The notes beneath the pieces are model-generated. The model saw only the letters and a program-made list of their open reading frames with translations. It searched no databases and was not told the origin of the DNA. Of a stretch of DNA of 64,000 nucleotides, positions 1 to 13,378 are shown piece after piece (within the stretch, counting starts at the first letter, position 1; every line of letters begins with the position of its first letter). Source of the DNA: the human T2T-CHM13v2.0 reference genome, Homo sapiens; assembly GCF_009914755.1 (NCBI RefSeq), contig NC_060942.1. The stretch is one strand, 5' to 3'. A program made the position numbers and the translations under genes.

Positions 1-1110
1 TAATCAGCCTCTTCCTCCCAGACCTTTCATCATTTTTAACTGCCTCCATATGGAGTGTATGATTCTTTCAACTACTAGTAAAGCACCAAAACTGAAAAGT
101 AACCTGATATTTTGAGAGAGCTAGTTGCTGTCCGATGATCCAAATATCTTTGATGAACTGCTGTCATGTAGTATATCCCTGGTATCAGCTGCTGCTCTTC
201 TCCACCTCTCTTAAATAACAAATACAATGTGTAAGTGAGAATATCACTTTCTGGAGGTAGCCAAGAAGCTTAATTCTGGTTGAGAATATCTTCAAACAGA
301 GCTTCCAACCTAAGTTTGCAAAATAGACGAGGACCTTGCTGAGTTGACTTGCTTGGTTCCCTTAAGGGATGTGGACCCATTTGGATGGATAAAATAAACA
401 TAGAGAAAAATCACTCAACTTGGATTTTTATTTTAGAGCTTGGCACGCATCTATCAACAACAGAACCTATCTAGTGCCAAGAGAAACAGGAATTCAGGAA
501 AAGGGCTGTTCTTTAATAAATAACACTTGTTTGAGAAAATCTTACACGTTTACAGGAGGAACTATAGTTGTAGAGTTGGCTCAGAAAAAGTGAACATTAG
601 AGTGTACAAAGAATAATAATTTTATTTTAACAAAATGATTCTGAATACTGTGCATTTTCAGAATATGAGGCAAAAGATTGTGAGTTTTCAAAATTTTCAG
701 TAGATTTTAGGAATGTTTTCCTAAGTTGTATGCAAAAGACATACACTTGAAAGGTTGAACCCAAAGGTTTTATTCAAACTACTTAAAATTTCATGCACAT
801 ATCTAATCTCTTCCAAAATTTTCTGCTTAGCAGCTCAGGCGCAGGGTTTGTGTGAAAAAACTCAGTCCTTTTACTCAGGACCCTGTGTGAAAAAATAGCC
901 CAGATATGTGAGCTCCCAGGCAGGGTTTGGTCAGTGGCGCATTGGAGCACAGATTTTAAATATGAGTATATGGATTTTCCTTCTTTTTAATTTTGCAATT
1001 AAATTAATGGTAATAAGGGCAGAGAACTAGTTGGTGGCTGGTTTTAAATGAAGACAACATTGGCTGCGGCTGGGCCGATCCTGGCTTCTTCACTGTAGGC
1101 TTCCCATAGA

Positions 1111-1262
1111 CCAATAGTTCTCAGACTTCAGAGAACATCAGAATCCCTGGAAGCTTGCTGTTTTAGTCTCACACCGCACTCTCCCAGAGTGTCTGAGTCA
1201 TTTGGTCCGGGGTAAGCCCGAGAATTTGCATTTTTAGGAGCACAGTTAGAGAACAACTGCCC
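1111..1262. mobile_element. MER5-family (hAT-Charlie) DNA transposon relic
   Basis: Ends 'caatagttctcagactt' and 'ttagagaacaactg' resemble MER5 TIRs; internal 'catcagaatccctggaagcttg' and 'cccgagaatttgcattttt' are MER5A-like. Confidence 0.7.
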
Positions 1263-2389
1263 TGGTCCTTTCCTGTGTGACAGTATGTTGCCTCTTGCCT
1301 CAGAGTGGGAAGCTCATTAGAAAGAAAATATTCAGTCTTTTTTTCCATATTTGCCTCAGGGAAGGCATGAACTTTTGTTTTCCAGGGGACCTTCCTTCCA
1401 CTTTCTTTTGATTTTTGTTTTTTATTGTATGCCTATTTTACTCAAGTCAAAGTGAAATCCTGCTATAACATATACTGAACTCAAAGACAGTTTGAGCCCT
1501 TCATTTCATTTTTCTTCCTTCCATCATCTTTTCTTTCTCCATGTGTGAAGCAACACCTACTACCTTTTGGGTGATTTTTCTGGACAAAATAAATTTATAT
1601 TATGCATGCCTCCTCTGCACTGCAAATAAGTGACAATGTAAATTCTTTGTGGAGTGGGAAGGAACCAGTTTTATTTTGCTCTTAGTCTTTGTTTATTGAA
1701 TTTCTGAGTGTTGTACATCAACAAACTAACTGTATACCCTTTAAGGCCAAGACCCCATTTGGACTTGTGTTTTTGGTAAATGGTTGCTGTTTATTTAATG
1801 ATGGCCTTTAACCTGGCTGCTGTTGTACATTTTTCTCATTATAATATCTTTGTCAGGTTCTTCATCCCAATGTACCCATATTTGTCACATTTGAAATTTG
1901 TCATATTCAATTTAGTATATTATTTCTAGAAACCAATTAGTGGCCATTGTTGAAGAGCCTAACAGGGTTTATGCTTTCAGTTGACTGATAGGCATACAAT
2001 GGCTGCTTGGAGCCCTGATTGAGAAAAATTTTGACTGTATCTGAGCTCAGTGGGGAAGAATGCCATCATCAGTCATGTCAATGTTGAGTCTTGTGGGGAA
2101 CATGGCTGCATGTGAATCCCATGCTGGTGGACTCTGGCTTGTTTTAATATCATATGCAAATAGGAAAGATCAAGCAATTTGATCCTGAAATGTCAATAAG
2201 TACTGAAACAGTGATACAGGAATTAGAAGATCCTCAGTTCTTTAACTGTAAAATAAGGATAATAATATGTATTCATTAGAGGATGCTGTTAATCTAGGAA
2301 AGAGATTCAAAAGAGGGGGCCCTATTGCAATGAGAAGGTGTGTTGGAGAAACCGTGGCTGGAAGGCAGCGTGGTGAGGACGCAAGAGAG

Positions 2390-2560
2390 CCAGCTGGGAG
2401 TTCAAGCCCCACCTTTTCACTTACCAACCCCTTTTGCTTAATCTTGCTGAGTCTTAATCTCTTAATCTGCAAAATGGTAATTTATCTATTTCTTGAAGTT
2501 TTGATAATTAAATGAGTTACATGCAAAGAGCCTGGCACATAAGTGTTCAATAAGAGGCTG
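2390..2560 (+). mobile_element. MIR SINE fragment
   Basis: 'ctgagtcttaatctcttaatctgcaaaatgg...aattaaatgagtta...gagcctggcacataagtgttcaataa' matches the MIR core and 3' end. Confidence 0.7.
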
Positions 2561-2798
2561 TTATCAATGACGTGCTAGTATTTAGGATGGAAGATCTGGA
2601 AGAACTGCTAAAAATATTTGAAGATGATGAAAGGATAAATATTTTCTGTGTGATACGAGAATTCGGGCCAAAGGATAAACAGTATACAACAGAGAATTAC
2701 ATTGAATACAAGAAAGAACCTTCTAAGAAGCAAGAAGCAAACAATGGGATGGGTTTCTGTGTGGGGCAGTGAGTTACCTAAATCAGAAAAAATATATA

Positions 2799-3022
2799 TT
2801 TTTTTTCTTTTTTTAAATTTTATTATTATTATACTTTAAGTTTTAGGGTACATGTGCACAACGTGCAGGTTTGTTACATATGTATACATGTGCCATGTTG
2901 GTGTGCTGCACCCATTAACTCGTCATTTAGCATTAGGTATATCTCCTAATGCTATCCCTCCCACCTCCCCCAACCCCACAGCAGTCCCCAGTGTGTGATG
3001 TTCCCCTTCCTGTGTCCATGTG
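2799..3022 (-). mobile_element. L1PA3/L1PA4 3' end, 5'-truncated
   Basis: T-rich tail, then 'tatactttaagttttagggtacatgtgcacaacgtgcagg...cgtcatttagcattaggtatatctcctaatgc'. Imperfect TSD: ctaaatcagaaaaaata (from 2778) versus ctaaaccagaaaatatt (3023-3039). Confidence 0.93.
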
Positions 3023-3051
3023 CTAAACCAGAAAATATTAAGAGAGAGGCT

Positions 3052-3454
<403 letters not shown>

Positions 3455-4899
3455 TTATACTGTAAATTCATGCCAGTGACTTTTGGAAAATCATCCTCTC
3501 TGCTCTTATTTTACATTATTCCCAGTGATGACTCTGGTATTCTGAAAGATTTCGATTTCTGTAAGGACTTAAGAGATTCTCATGAAGAAAAGTCATCAAG
3601 CCCAGTATTTAAAAAGAAATAAACAAAATGAAGCAACAGATATTCATTCCTTTTCTTTGTTTAAAGCACAATCATAGGTGCTTTGCTTAACCAAGAACTC
3701 AAGTGCTGAATATACCCATTTAGCCAGTCTGAGGTTGACATTACTAACAAGAGGATATTCTGAAAAACACATCAGGACATGGCCATTGAGTCCAGCAGCC
3801 CCAGGAAGAAGCACATTACTGTGGCTGGACGTTTCTGGTACAGTGATCAGCAGTGAAATGATTAAGAGTGTTGGCATTTAAGTGATCATAATTAGGTTTC
3901 AAAGTTAACAACCCATTGAGATAAATAGTGGAAGTTCACACCTCTCTCAGTGCTATTGTTTATCAGACTGTCAAGTTGCAGATTCAGGAAGACAACATTA
4001 ATGTGGCTTTGGACACTAATTGCCCAGAGCCAAGTTACATCCACCTGGGAAGGTCCTTTGGGTATTTGCTCAACTAAAATGTCAGGAAATAATACAGTGC
4101 TGGGATTCTGTATTGCCTAATAGCATACAACATTGCACTGATATTTTGATGCATAGAAGGCAAATGAAACAGGAATATGTTGTAATGTTGCTCAGGAATC
4201 TCCTGGTTTAATCATTATATTTGCCTCAGTTTCTCCTTTAAAATGGCAATGGAACTGCTCACTTGAATGAAATGGTTCCTGAGAGAAACGAGAAATTAAA
4301 TAATTTCAATAACAACAATGACAACAACAAAAACCCCTTTGCTCATATGAGTTCGATTTCATAACCCATGTTATTGTCCTAAAGGAGTTATATGCACATT
4401 CTATCAATAGGAAAACACTGAGAGCATAATTAAATTAATTTTCATAGAATTCTGATTCATTTTTTCACAATTAAGTTTACATGCATGATTGCAGCTGTCT
4501 GATGTTCAATAAGGGTGGAGATTGTTGTTTCAGTTTGCAAAATATTGATTTTATTTTTCCAAAGACATTCAATAATTAAAGGCAGTGAAAATGCAGGGAG
4601 GCGAAACTGCTAAGCCTTAAGAAAGGAATATATTGCAACATTATAGCAGTGGTTTCTTTTCATGAAGTAAAGTTTCCTAAAAGTACAAGGTCATTTGTAG
4701 TTCATTATTATCATCAACATGAAATAATTATTGGGCATCTTTTAATAAATTATACCGTTAGACAAACTTAAAGAAAACAATTTTAGAAGTTCCAATTACT
4801 TACCATTTCACCTTGAACAGAGTTTTTCTTTGCTTTGCTCTTTTTTGCGTCTTTCTACCCAACAGGTTAGAAAGTGATTCGTGGAATTCTGTTCATTTA

Positions 4900-5884
4900 A
4901 AAAAATTATTTATTTTCATTTTTTTCAACTTTTATTTACATTTAGGGGATACATGTACAGCTTGTTACAAGGGTTTATTGCCTGACATTGAGGTTTGCAG
5001 TATGAATGATCCCATTCCCCAGGCTGTGAGCATAATACCCAATTGGTAGTTTTTCAACCCTTGCCCCGCTCCCTCTCTCCTTGCTCTAGTAGTCTTCAGT
5101 GTCTGTTGTTCCCATCTTTATTCCATATGCACCTAAAGTTTAGCTCCCATTTAAAAGTGAGAAGTGCAATATTTGGCTTCTGTTCCTACATTAATTTGCT
5201 TAGGATAATGGCTTCCTTTTTTTTTTTTGAGACGGAGTCTCACTTTGTCGCCAAGGCCGGAGTGCAGTGGCGTGATCTCGGCTCACCTAAGACTCTGCCT
5301 CCTGGGTTCCAGTGATTCTCCTATCTCAGCCTCCTGAGTAGCTGGTACTATAGGCACATGCCACCACGCCTGGCTAATTTTTGTATTTTTAGTAGAGACT
5401 GGGTTTCACCATGTTGGCCAGGATGGTCTCAATCTCCTAACCTCGTGATAGCTGCAACTACGTTGCTGCAAAGGACGTGTTTTCATTCTTTTTTTTTTAT
5501 GGCTGTGTAGTATTCTATGTTATATATATATCACATTTTCTTTATCCAACCCACCATTGGTGGATTCCATGTGTATGCTATTGTGGATGGTGCTGCGATG
5601 AACATACAAGTGCATATGTCTTTGTGGTAGAGTGATTCATTTTCTTTTGGATATATACCCAGTAATTGTATTGCTGGGTCAAATGGTACTTCTGAGTGTT
5701 TTGAGAAATCTCCAGACTGCTTTCCACAGTGGCTTGACCTAATTTATATTCCCACTAGCAGTGTGTAAGCATTTCCTTTTCTCCACAACATCTGCCATCT
5801 GTCATTTTTTGAGTTTGTAATAATGGCCATTCTGACTGGTGTGAGATGGTACCTCATTGTGGTTTTGGTTTGCATTTCTCTGAA
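4900..5884 (-). mobile_element. Older primate L1 3' end (L1PA13-16/L1PB class), split by an Alu
   Basis: 'ggggatacatgtacagcttgttacaaggg...tgagcataatacccaattggtagtttttcaaccc' and 'ccattctgactggtgtgagatggtacctcattgtgg'. Confidence 0.88.
5217..5449 (-). mobile_element. AluSc, 5'-truncated, no TSD
   Basis: PolyT, then 'gagacggagtctc...ttggccaggatggtctcaatctcctaacctcgtgat'; about 55 nt of the Alu 5' end are missing. Confidence 0.9.
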
Positions 5885-6733
5885 TGGCATTCTCTTTAAT
5901 CCTGAGTGCTACCACAGGATGAAATGATGATCAAGGAAATGCTGAAGGCGCCAAGGAAAATAAAGATATAGAAGAAGAGTAGATAAGAAGAGCAGGAGCA
6001 AGAATGTAGGGGAGAAGATGAAAAGCAGATAAACTGGAGAACAGGGAGACACCCTAAGCTATGGGGACCATTGTTTTCTTACATCTCAATTGCAAACAAT
6101 GTCTTGCTTTTGCTTCTTTAAAAGTTTGAAATTTTGCCTTCAGAAATTTCTTCATGAAAAGAAGTATAGCAGAGAGAAATGGCTGTAATGTTTCGGAAAG
6201 AATGTGAGGTGTTTTAATTTTTTACTGTTGAATTTTCCAACTGGTATAGCCTTTTGCCTGAGGTTTGGAAGCCAGTCAGCAGAGGATGTTTACACAGACA
6301 TCTGAGCCAAAGTGGACGGCAGGGCAGACCCAGGTAATCAGTGGAGTCCATCATCCTGTGACTGGGGAAGGATCATGTTTTATTATTGTGTAAATAGGAG
6401 TAGACTGGGAACTCCCTTCAGCCAGTTTTTGTGCCTTATTAATTTTAATATCCTCAACCTAAGCTCAATGCCTGGCACAGACTTTATTTTTGTTAAAGGA
6501 TAAGTGTAGAATTTCTGCTGGACACTTGAAGAATACATTAATCGTCATCTTTGTCAGGAGATAATAAAAACTACTGGGTTATTATGATACTCATAATTTG
6601 CATATCATACATTAAGTAATTTATATTTTTCAAAATGATTCCATAGTGCTTTTGGACCCTATGGAACTTTTGGCCATTTGAATCCATGTAAGCGTCAAGG
6701 ACAAGAAGATATACTCATTACATAAACCTTGAG

Positions 6734-7802
6734 TGCGATGGTTAGTTTTGTGGGTCAACCTAGCAAGGCTCCTGCCAGTTATTCAATCAAACATGAATCA
6801 AGGTGTTGCTATGAAGATATTTTGTAGGGTCACTAAAATCTATAATGAGTTTGCTTCAAGTAAGGAAGATCCTCCTAGACAATCTGGGTGGGCCTGATCT
6901 AATTAGTCGCAAGGCCTTAAGAGCAGAAAAAGCTTCCCTGTGGAAGAAGAAATTCCTCCTATGGACTGCAGCTTCAGTCTGCATGTCAGCCTTCCAGACT
7001 GCCCTTCCTCACAGCCTGTCCCGTGGATTTCCACTTGCCTAGACAGCTTCCACAACTGCATAAGCCAATTCTTTGCAACAAATCTCTCTCTCTTTTTTGG
7101 ATATATAATTCACATACAATAGAATTTACCTATTTAAAGTCTATAAATCAACGGTTTTTGGTATATTACATTATTAATTTTTTAAAAATTGTGGTAAATA
7201 TATAGACAACAAAATTTGCTGTTTTAGAGATTTTTAAATGTACAATTCAGTGGCTTTATATTATATCAACAATGTTGTGAAACCATCACCACTATGTATT
7301 TCCAAATTTTTTTCATCATTCCAAACAGAAACTCTGTAGCCATTGAGCAATAATTCTCCCTTTTCCTTTCTTTTCAGGTCATGGTAACCTCCAATATATT
7401 CTCTGTCTCTATGAATTTGACTATTCTAAATATTTCACATGAGTAGAATCATACAATATTTGTTCTTTTGTGTCTGGCTTATTTCATTTAGCATAAGTTT
7501 TCAAAGTTCGCCAATGTTGTAGCATGTATCTATGGCTGAATAATATTCTAGTGTATGTATATACCACATTTCATTTATCCATTCATCAGTTGCTGGACAC
7601 TTGGGTTGAACATTTTGGCTATTGTGAATAATGCTGCAACGAACACTGAATTATAAATATTTGTGTAAGTCCTTGCTTTCAATTCCTGTGGGTGTATACC
7701 TAAGAATAAAATTGCTGGGTCATATGATAGTTCTATGTAAGAGTTCTTTACTATATATATCTCTTACTGGGTTTTCTTCGTGGTTGAACCCTGGCTAATA
7801 CA
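6734..7802 (+). mobile_element. MLT2-family (ERVL) solo LTR, split by an L1MB
   Basis: Starts 'tgcgatggttagttttgtgggtcaacc'; internal 'aatctgggtgggcctgatctaattag' and 'taagccaattctttgcaacaaatctc'; ends 'gaaccctggctaataca'. Confidence 0.85.
7094..7740 (-). mobile_element. L1MB-class 3' end
   Basis: 'tgtacaattcagtggc...aaccatcaccact...tctgtctctatgaatttgactattcta...ttttggctattgtgaataatgctgc'. Confidence 0.88.
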
Positions 7803-7914
7803 AAGGTATGATATGGGGGAAGGAAGAGAAAGAGAGAGCATGACACATTTATAGAACTGAAAGTAATCCATGGTGCATGTTTGCTATATTTGCTCGTTAC
7901 ATTTTTAAAAATTA

Positions 7915-8130
7915 TTTATTTAGGTTTTTTAGAGACAGGGTCTTACTCTGTCACCCAGGCTGAGTGCAGTGATGCAGTCATAGCTAACTGCAACCTTGAA
8001 CTCCTGGGTGGGCTCAAGTGATCTTCCTGTCTTAGCCTCCTGAGTAGCTAGGACTACAGATATGCACCGCAACACCTGGCTAAATTTTTAAGTTTTGTAG
8101 AGATGGGGTCATGTTATGTTGCCCAGGCTG
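7915..8130 (-). mobile_element. AluJ, 5'-truncated
   Basis: 'agagacagggtcttactctgtcacccaggctg...ggctcaagtgatc...tgttgcccaggctg' carries J-type diagnostics. Confidence 0.88.
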
Positions 8131-8475
8131 AAATTTTTAAAAAAAATATAACAATAGAATGCAGTAGAAAATCTTATAATCTCTTCTTGAGTTCCCCACT
8201 CACTACCCCTCCTCTCCTGGGATAAGAAATATTCTACATCTGGTGTGTATCCTTCTAATCTATGTTTATACATTTTCAAAATATGTAAATGTGTATAAAG
8301 TACTGAGTGTTATAGTTTGAATTTTAGAAATTCACATAAATGGCATAATACTTTATCCATTTTTACCTTGCTTTTTTACTACTATAATTTATTATGCATT
8401 TATACAAATTTATACATTTAAATCTAGTTCATTTAACTTCTGAATCTCATTCCGTTGTAAAAATACATTATTTTT

Positions 8476-8830
8476 AAATTTATTTTAATTTTTAATTTTT
8501 TTATTTTACTTTAGGTTCCAAGACACATGTGCAGAATGTGCAGATTTGTTACATAGGTATACGTGTGCCATGGTTGTTTGTTGTACCTATTGACCTGACC
8601 TCTAAGTTCCCTCCCTTTGCCCCCAACCCCCCAACAGGCCCTGGTGTGTGTTGTTCCCCTCTCTGTGTCCATGTGCTCTCATTGATCAACTCCCTCTTAT
8701 GAGTGAGAACATGTGGTGTTTGGTTTTCTGTTCCTGTGTTAGTTTGCTGAGGATAATGGCTTCCAGTTTCATCCATGTCCCTGCAAAGGACATGATCTCA
8801 TTCCTTTTTATGGCCACATAGTATCCCATG
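8476..8830 (-). mobile_element. L1PA8-10-class 3' end inside an older L1M relic
   Basis: 'acacatgtgcagaatgtgcagatttgttacataggtatacgtgtgcc...gagtgagaacatgtggtgtttgg'; approximate TSD aaaatacattattttt / aaaatacaccattattttt. Confidence 0.9.
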
Positions 8831-9244
8831 GAAAATACACCATTATTTTTTATGTACTTCCTTATTGATTCTAATTTCCTACTGTTTCAAAGAATGGAAC
8901 AGTGAATGCTTTTTGCATGTTTTCTTATGAAAAAAGTGGACAAATTAGGATAAAATTAAAGTTGGAATTTTTATTGCTCTTTTATCTGTGGCTAATCTGA
9001 TGTTTATGACATTCATTGAGTTTTTAATTTCAAAGATCACTTTTTTGAGAAGTTTTATTTGGATTTTTTTTTTCAAATTCTCCTGTTCATTTTACATATT
9101 TTCTTATTTCATTATGATATTTCCTCCACTATATAAAGGAAGGGCATAAAGGAAAATAGAAAAGAAAGAGGATGGTGTTGTTAGGACTTGGTAGCTGACT
9201 GAACATGGAAAATAAAGAAGAACACAAGGTGAAAATATTAGTGA

Positions 9245-9925
9245 CAATTAACATTTATTGAGCGCTTATGTGTCAGGCACTGTGCTAAACACATTACATG
9301 CGTGAACTCATTAATCCTCTTTGCAATAAAGGTATTGGCCCTTGAGCAGTGCCTAGGAACCTAGAGGTTCTTATCAATCTGGAGGCCTGATGAGAATATT
9401 GATGTTTACCTGGAGCCTTGGGCCATGCCAGATAGTTTATGCTAACAAGGTGATTTATAGTGGGGGCTTTGGGCTTGACATCTGGAAAGGCAAAAGTTAG
9501 CCACCTGGGTGGTCAGCCATGTGTATGTGACTGACCCTTATTAAAAACTCTGAATACTAAGGCTCAGATGAGCTTCCCTGGTTGCCAATACTCCATGCAT
9601 TTGTGCCACACTGTTGCTAGGAGAAGTTACTGCTGTCCATGTGATCCACTGGGAGAAGACAGCTGGAAGCTCTGTGCCTGGTCTCTACTGACTCTGCCCT
9701 ATGCGCCTCTTCCTTTTGTGATTTGAGTCTTTACTCTTTGGCTGTAAGAAACTGTAATCGAGAGCATAACGGCATTTCTGAGTTCTGTGAGTTCTCGCCA
9801 ACTGTCTAATGTCAGAGTGGTTTGGGGACTTCTGAACTGCATCCTTACAAGAGCTTCTTCAGGTGGATATTATCATTTTCATTTTTATAGATGAGGACAC
9901 TGAAGATCAAAGAAATTAAGTAAAG
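9245..9925 (-). mobile_element. MIR split by an LTR
   Basis: 'acatttattgagcgcttatgtgtcaggcactgtgctaaac...cattaatcctc' resumes after 9841 as 'tcatttttatagatgaggacactgaag'. Confidence 0.8.
9322..9841 (+). mobile_element. ERVL-type solo LTR (MER68/MER77/MER21-like)
   Basis: TG...CA termini; 'gtttatgctaacaaggtgatt', 'ggctcagatgagcttccctggttg', 'tttctgagttctgtgagttct'; imperfect 5-bp flanks. Confidence 0.78.
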
Positions 9926-10014
9926 AATAATGAAACTTTGGCGTAAATGAAGACCTGCATGGTTCCCATACCTGCCTATCCTAAACTTTCTAAACCTGTG
10001 CTTCCTATGCTTCT

Positions 10015-10570
10015 GGCATGAGTGACTGGATGCAATTCACCAAGAAGCGGAATTGAGAAGGAATAAGTTTTGGGAGAAGATGCTTGGTTTCTTTTTGTGG
10101 CAGCTGGATGTGTGGGTTTAGAGCTCAGAAACAAGGTCTGGGCCAGAGCTATAGATATAGGAGTCATAGGTGGGTGGGGTTGACAATATGGGAATGGATG
10201 CCATCATCAAGGTTGAGTATGCAGAGAGAAAAGAGATGGACTGAGAACAGAATCCAAGACTCACCAATATAGAAAGATGGGATAAAGAGAAGGAACCATA
10301 AAAGGATACAGAACAAGGGTAATCAGAAAGAAAAAATGAAAACCAGAGAATCATGCCAAGAATATTAAGGGACAAGGGTTTTTTTGTTTGTTTGTTTTGT
10401 TTTTTTAAAAGGCAGGGCCAATGGTGTCTAACTTACAAATATGTCACGTAAGATAACTAGTGTCCATTGGATTTGGAAACTAGGAGACCATGGCAAGTGC
10501 AGTTTCAGATTAGGGATGGGGACCGGATATAGTAGTAAGGGAGAGTATGGCAATGGGGAGGTAGATAGCT
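10015..10570 (-). mobile_element. L2 LINE fragment
   Basis: 'ggcagctggatgtgtgggtttagagctcagaaacaaggtctgggccagagctatagatataggagtcat' is the typical L2 antisense. Confidence 0.75.
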
Positions 10571-10869
10571 CTTTCTCTGTCACCTGCACTAGTCATCCAG
10601 CATTCACTTGATTCCTTGGGATGCTATTTAACTGCTACTTTTCATCTCCCATGGGATTGTGATCTCCTTCAGGTCCCAGCCTGTCTCTGATCCTAAGTCC
10701 CAGAGAGAATTTGCCATGCTAATGAATACACCGCTGGTGCAAGTTCTTATTTAATGACAATTAGGTATGCTGAAGAGGGCTCATAAAGGGAGTGGGAAGC
10801 CCTACAAAGGGGATTATTCCTGATGGGGTTCAGAGCACACCTGGACAGGCGAGGGCTCATAGGATGCAG

Positions 10870-11475
10870 TTGTGTTTGGAAGTTAACAGAAACTCTGGAT
10901 TAGAGATACCCAGTCTCAAATCCTGGTTCTGATACTTTTTATATAACTTTGAGCAACTATTCTAAGTTTCTGTTTCCTTATTTGTAAAAAGGGTATATTA
11001 GTTTGCTAGAGCTCTCATAGCAAAATCTCACAGACTAAGTGGCTTTAACAATAGAAGTTTTCTCAGAGTTCTGGAGGCTAAAAGTCCAAGGTCAGGTTTG
11101 ATTTCTTCAGAGGCCCTGTCCTTGGCTTGCTGATGGCCACTGTCTTGCTGCATCCTCACTTGGTTGTCCCTCTGTGTTCTCTATATCCTGATCACTGCTT
11201 CTTATAAGGACACCAGTCATATTGGATTAAAGCCCATCTTAATGACTCCATTTTAACTTAGTTACATCTTTTAAGGTCCTAGCTCCAAATATAGTCATAT
11301 TCTAAGGTCCAGGGGATTAGGACTTCAACATATTAATTTTGCAGGGAACACCATTTATCCCATAACAAAGGTGATAATAGTAAAACCTATTTCATATGAG
11401 TTGGGGAAGAATAATTGAGAAAATATGTATAATACAATTAACACATTTACTTATAGTAACTACTAAATAAATAAC
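10870..11475 (+). mobile_element. MIR split by an MLT1
   Basis: 'tcaaatcctggttctgatact...ctttgagcaac...tttccttatttgtaaaa' resumes as 'gataatagtaaaacctatttcat'. Confidence 0.72.
10994..11367 (-). mobile_element. MLT1A-C (MaLR) solo LTR
   Basis: 'attagtttgctagagct...gttctggaggctaaaagtccaagg...cttcttataaggacaccagtcatattggatta...cccataaca'; TSD aaggg / aaggt. Confidence 0.9.
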
Positions 11476-13378
11476 CTAGATGAGAAGAAACCTGCAGACC
11501 TAGAAAGGAAGTGCTTGCCTAGCTAGAAAAGGAAGTAAAAAGGTTCACTTCCTGGGTCATTTCTTCCAGAATACATTCCCTGACCCACTCCCTTGCCTAT
11601 AGGAGGGGTCTCCTCTTTGCTCGGGTCATGTCTGCCCATTTCAGGTACATTACTGTTCTCCTGATGGTCTTTCCCCTTGAGGGTGGATTCTTTAATATTA
11701 AGAATCATGTCTTTATTATCGATATCATCAGCATACAATCAGGACAAATTGCACAAACATTTGTGCATTTTTCTCACATTTTTACAGCAGAGGTGTACAT
11801 AAAATAAATGAGAAATTAAGAATACTAAAAACATTGGTTTGATTCATGAGTATTTTGAATCTTTCAGTGAAGTTGCCACTTAGGTTTCCCTCTTTGAATC
11901 AAGGAAACCTAATAAGTTTGCATGGCACGCAATCCACATACTGTTATGCTGTCTCAATTTTAGCTAGCTTTCTCGTTCTTCCTCCCCACTGCCCTAGAGC
12001 AAATGCTGAATTTTAATTTTGTAATTTTATATCTAAATTTTAGCTACAGCCTTTTCACAGTTATAAATATATAGATCCCACTCCCCCCGCCCCCGCCAGA
12101 AACTCAAAACAAGCTTTATGTAAATTTGCCTTCTCAACTTCATGCACCTGAGTTAAATGAGGCTCATAAGAACGCTTGCAATTCGGTTAATGTTTTCTTC
12201 CTGACACAGAATTTTAATTTGGAATTGTATTTTTGAAAAGCGGTATGGTTTAGGAGGCTGCCAATTTAGGAGGTCATTTAAAATGATGCCTTCTCTGTTC
12301 AGGGTAGTAAGAGGGCTTCTTCTGGGTTATTAACTAGGCCAAAATTTACCAAGGTCAGGAAGCAACAAACGTCCTTGACACTGAAAAGGTCTGTTCAGAA
12401 ATCTGAGAAATATCTGGAACTCCAGTTGTTGTTTTTAGTTCTGTTAATGGGCAACAGAATGCTAATTAGTCAGATTAACTAAATGGCTGAGTCATGCCGT
12501 AACCCTTCTCAAATAAGAGGTGCCCATTTTGAGATGCTAAATGAAAACATAAAGGCAGCCAACCATACCATTCTTAAAAGATGAGAGAGTACCGGCGAGA
12601 CTGTTAATGTAGCAAGTGAATTGAGTTTCATATATGTGATTGTGTGAGTGTGTGTGTGTAGATACATGCCAGGTTTCACATCTAGATTCTACTCTAATAA
12701 GCTAAGGACTTAGATAAATCCTACAATAAACATACATTTCTAAATTATTTGATCAGATCAATTTATTCTTTAAGGGAAATCTATTCACAATTTTTGTTTG
12801 AAATAAAAACTTGAAAACTTAAGAATTAAGTTCCTGAACATTTTGGTTTTGGAAATTGCAAGTAGAAGGGCCAGAATGGTGGAGGCAGGTTCTGAGGTGG
12901 GGCTTGTTCTGGGATATGGGCGCTGCAGATTCAGCCACACTGTTTTGGGATATCTTAGCAAAAATATCTTAGGCTTTCTTCAAGAGAAACTAATTTCCCA
13001 GTGATATGTTTGGTTATTTTTTTCTTCTCTCAGTTGTTTCAGTGGTTACCTAAATAAGAGGTCTTTAGACAGAATTTCTTCTAAAGGCCTTGGTGGACAG
13101 TTCCAAAGTGTTTTCTGTCTTCCTCAATTGTGACTGTTTCAGTTTCTCTCACTCTCAGTACAGTAGGACTGTTAACAAGATGACCAATGCAGGGTCATTG
13201 GTGCCGGCTGACTTAAAACAAAAACACACAGGAGAACTTGTAGATGTCAGCTATGATAAGAAGACTAAGATCGTCACGTGTTCTCAATTCTCACAGTATA
13301 CTGCCAAGCAATGCTGAGAAACAAATGGCTTTTTCTTAGAATGACCTAGACTAAGGGTGTGATTAAGAAACACTTTTG

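Noticed and set aside
2572-2772. 66-aa protein-like ORF (MEDLEELLKIFEDDE...)
   Set aside because: It overlaps a CR1/L3-like relic, starts at GTG, and has no splice context or recognisable domain.
7094-7260. Apparent tandem of two L1M 3' termini
   Set aside because: I recall this duplicated terminus as part of an L1MB subfamily consensus, not a locus-specific event (check against Dfam).
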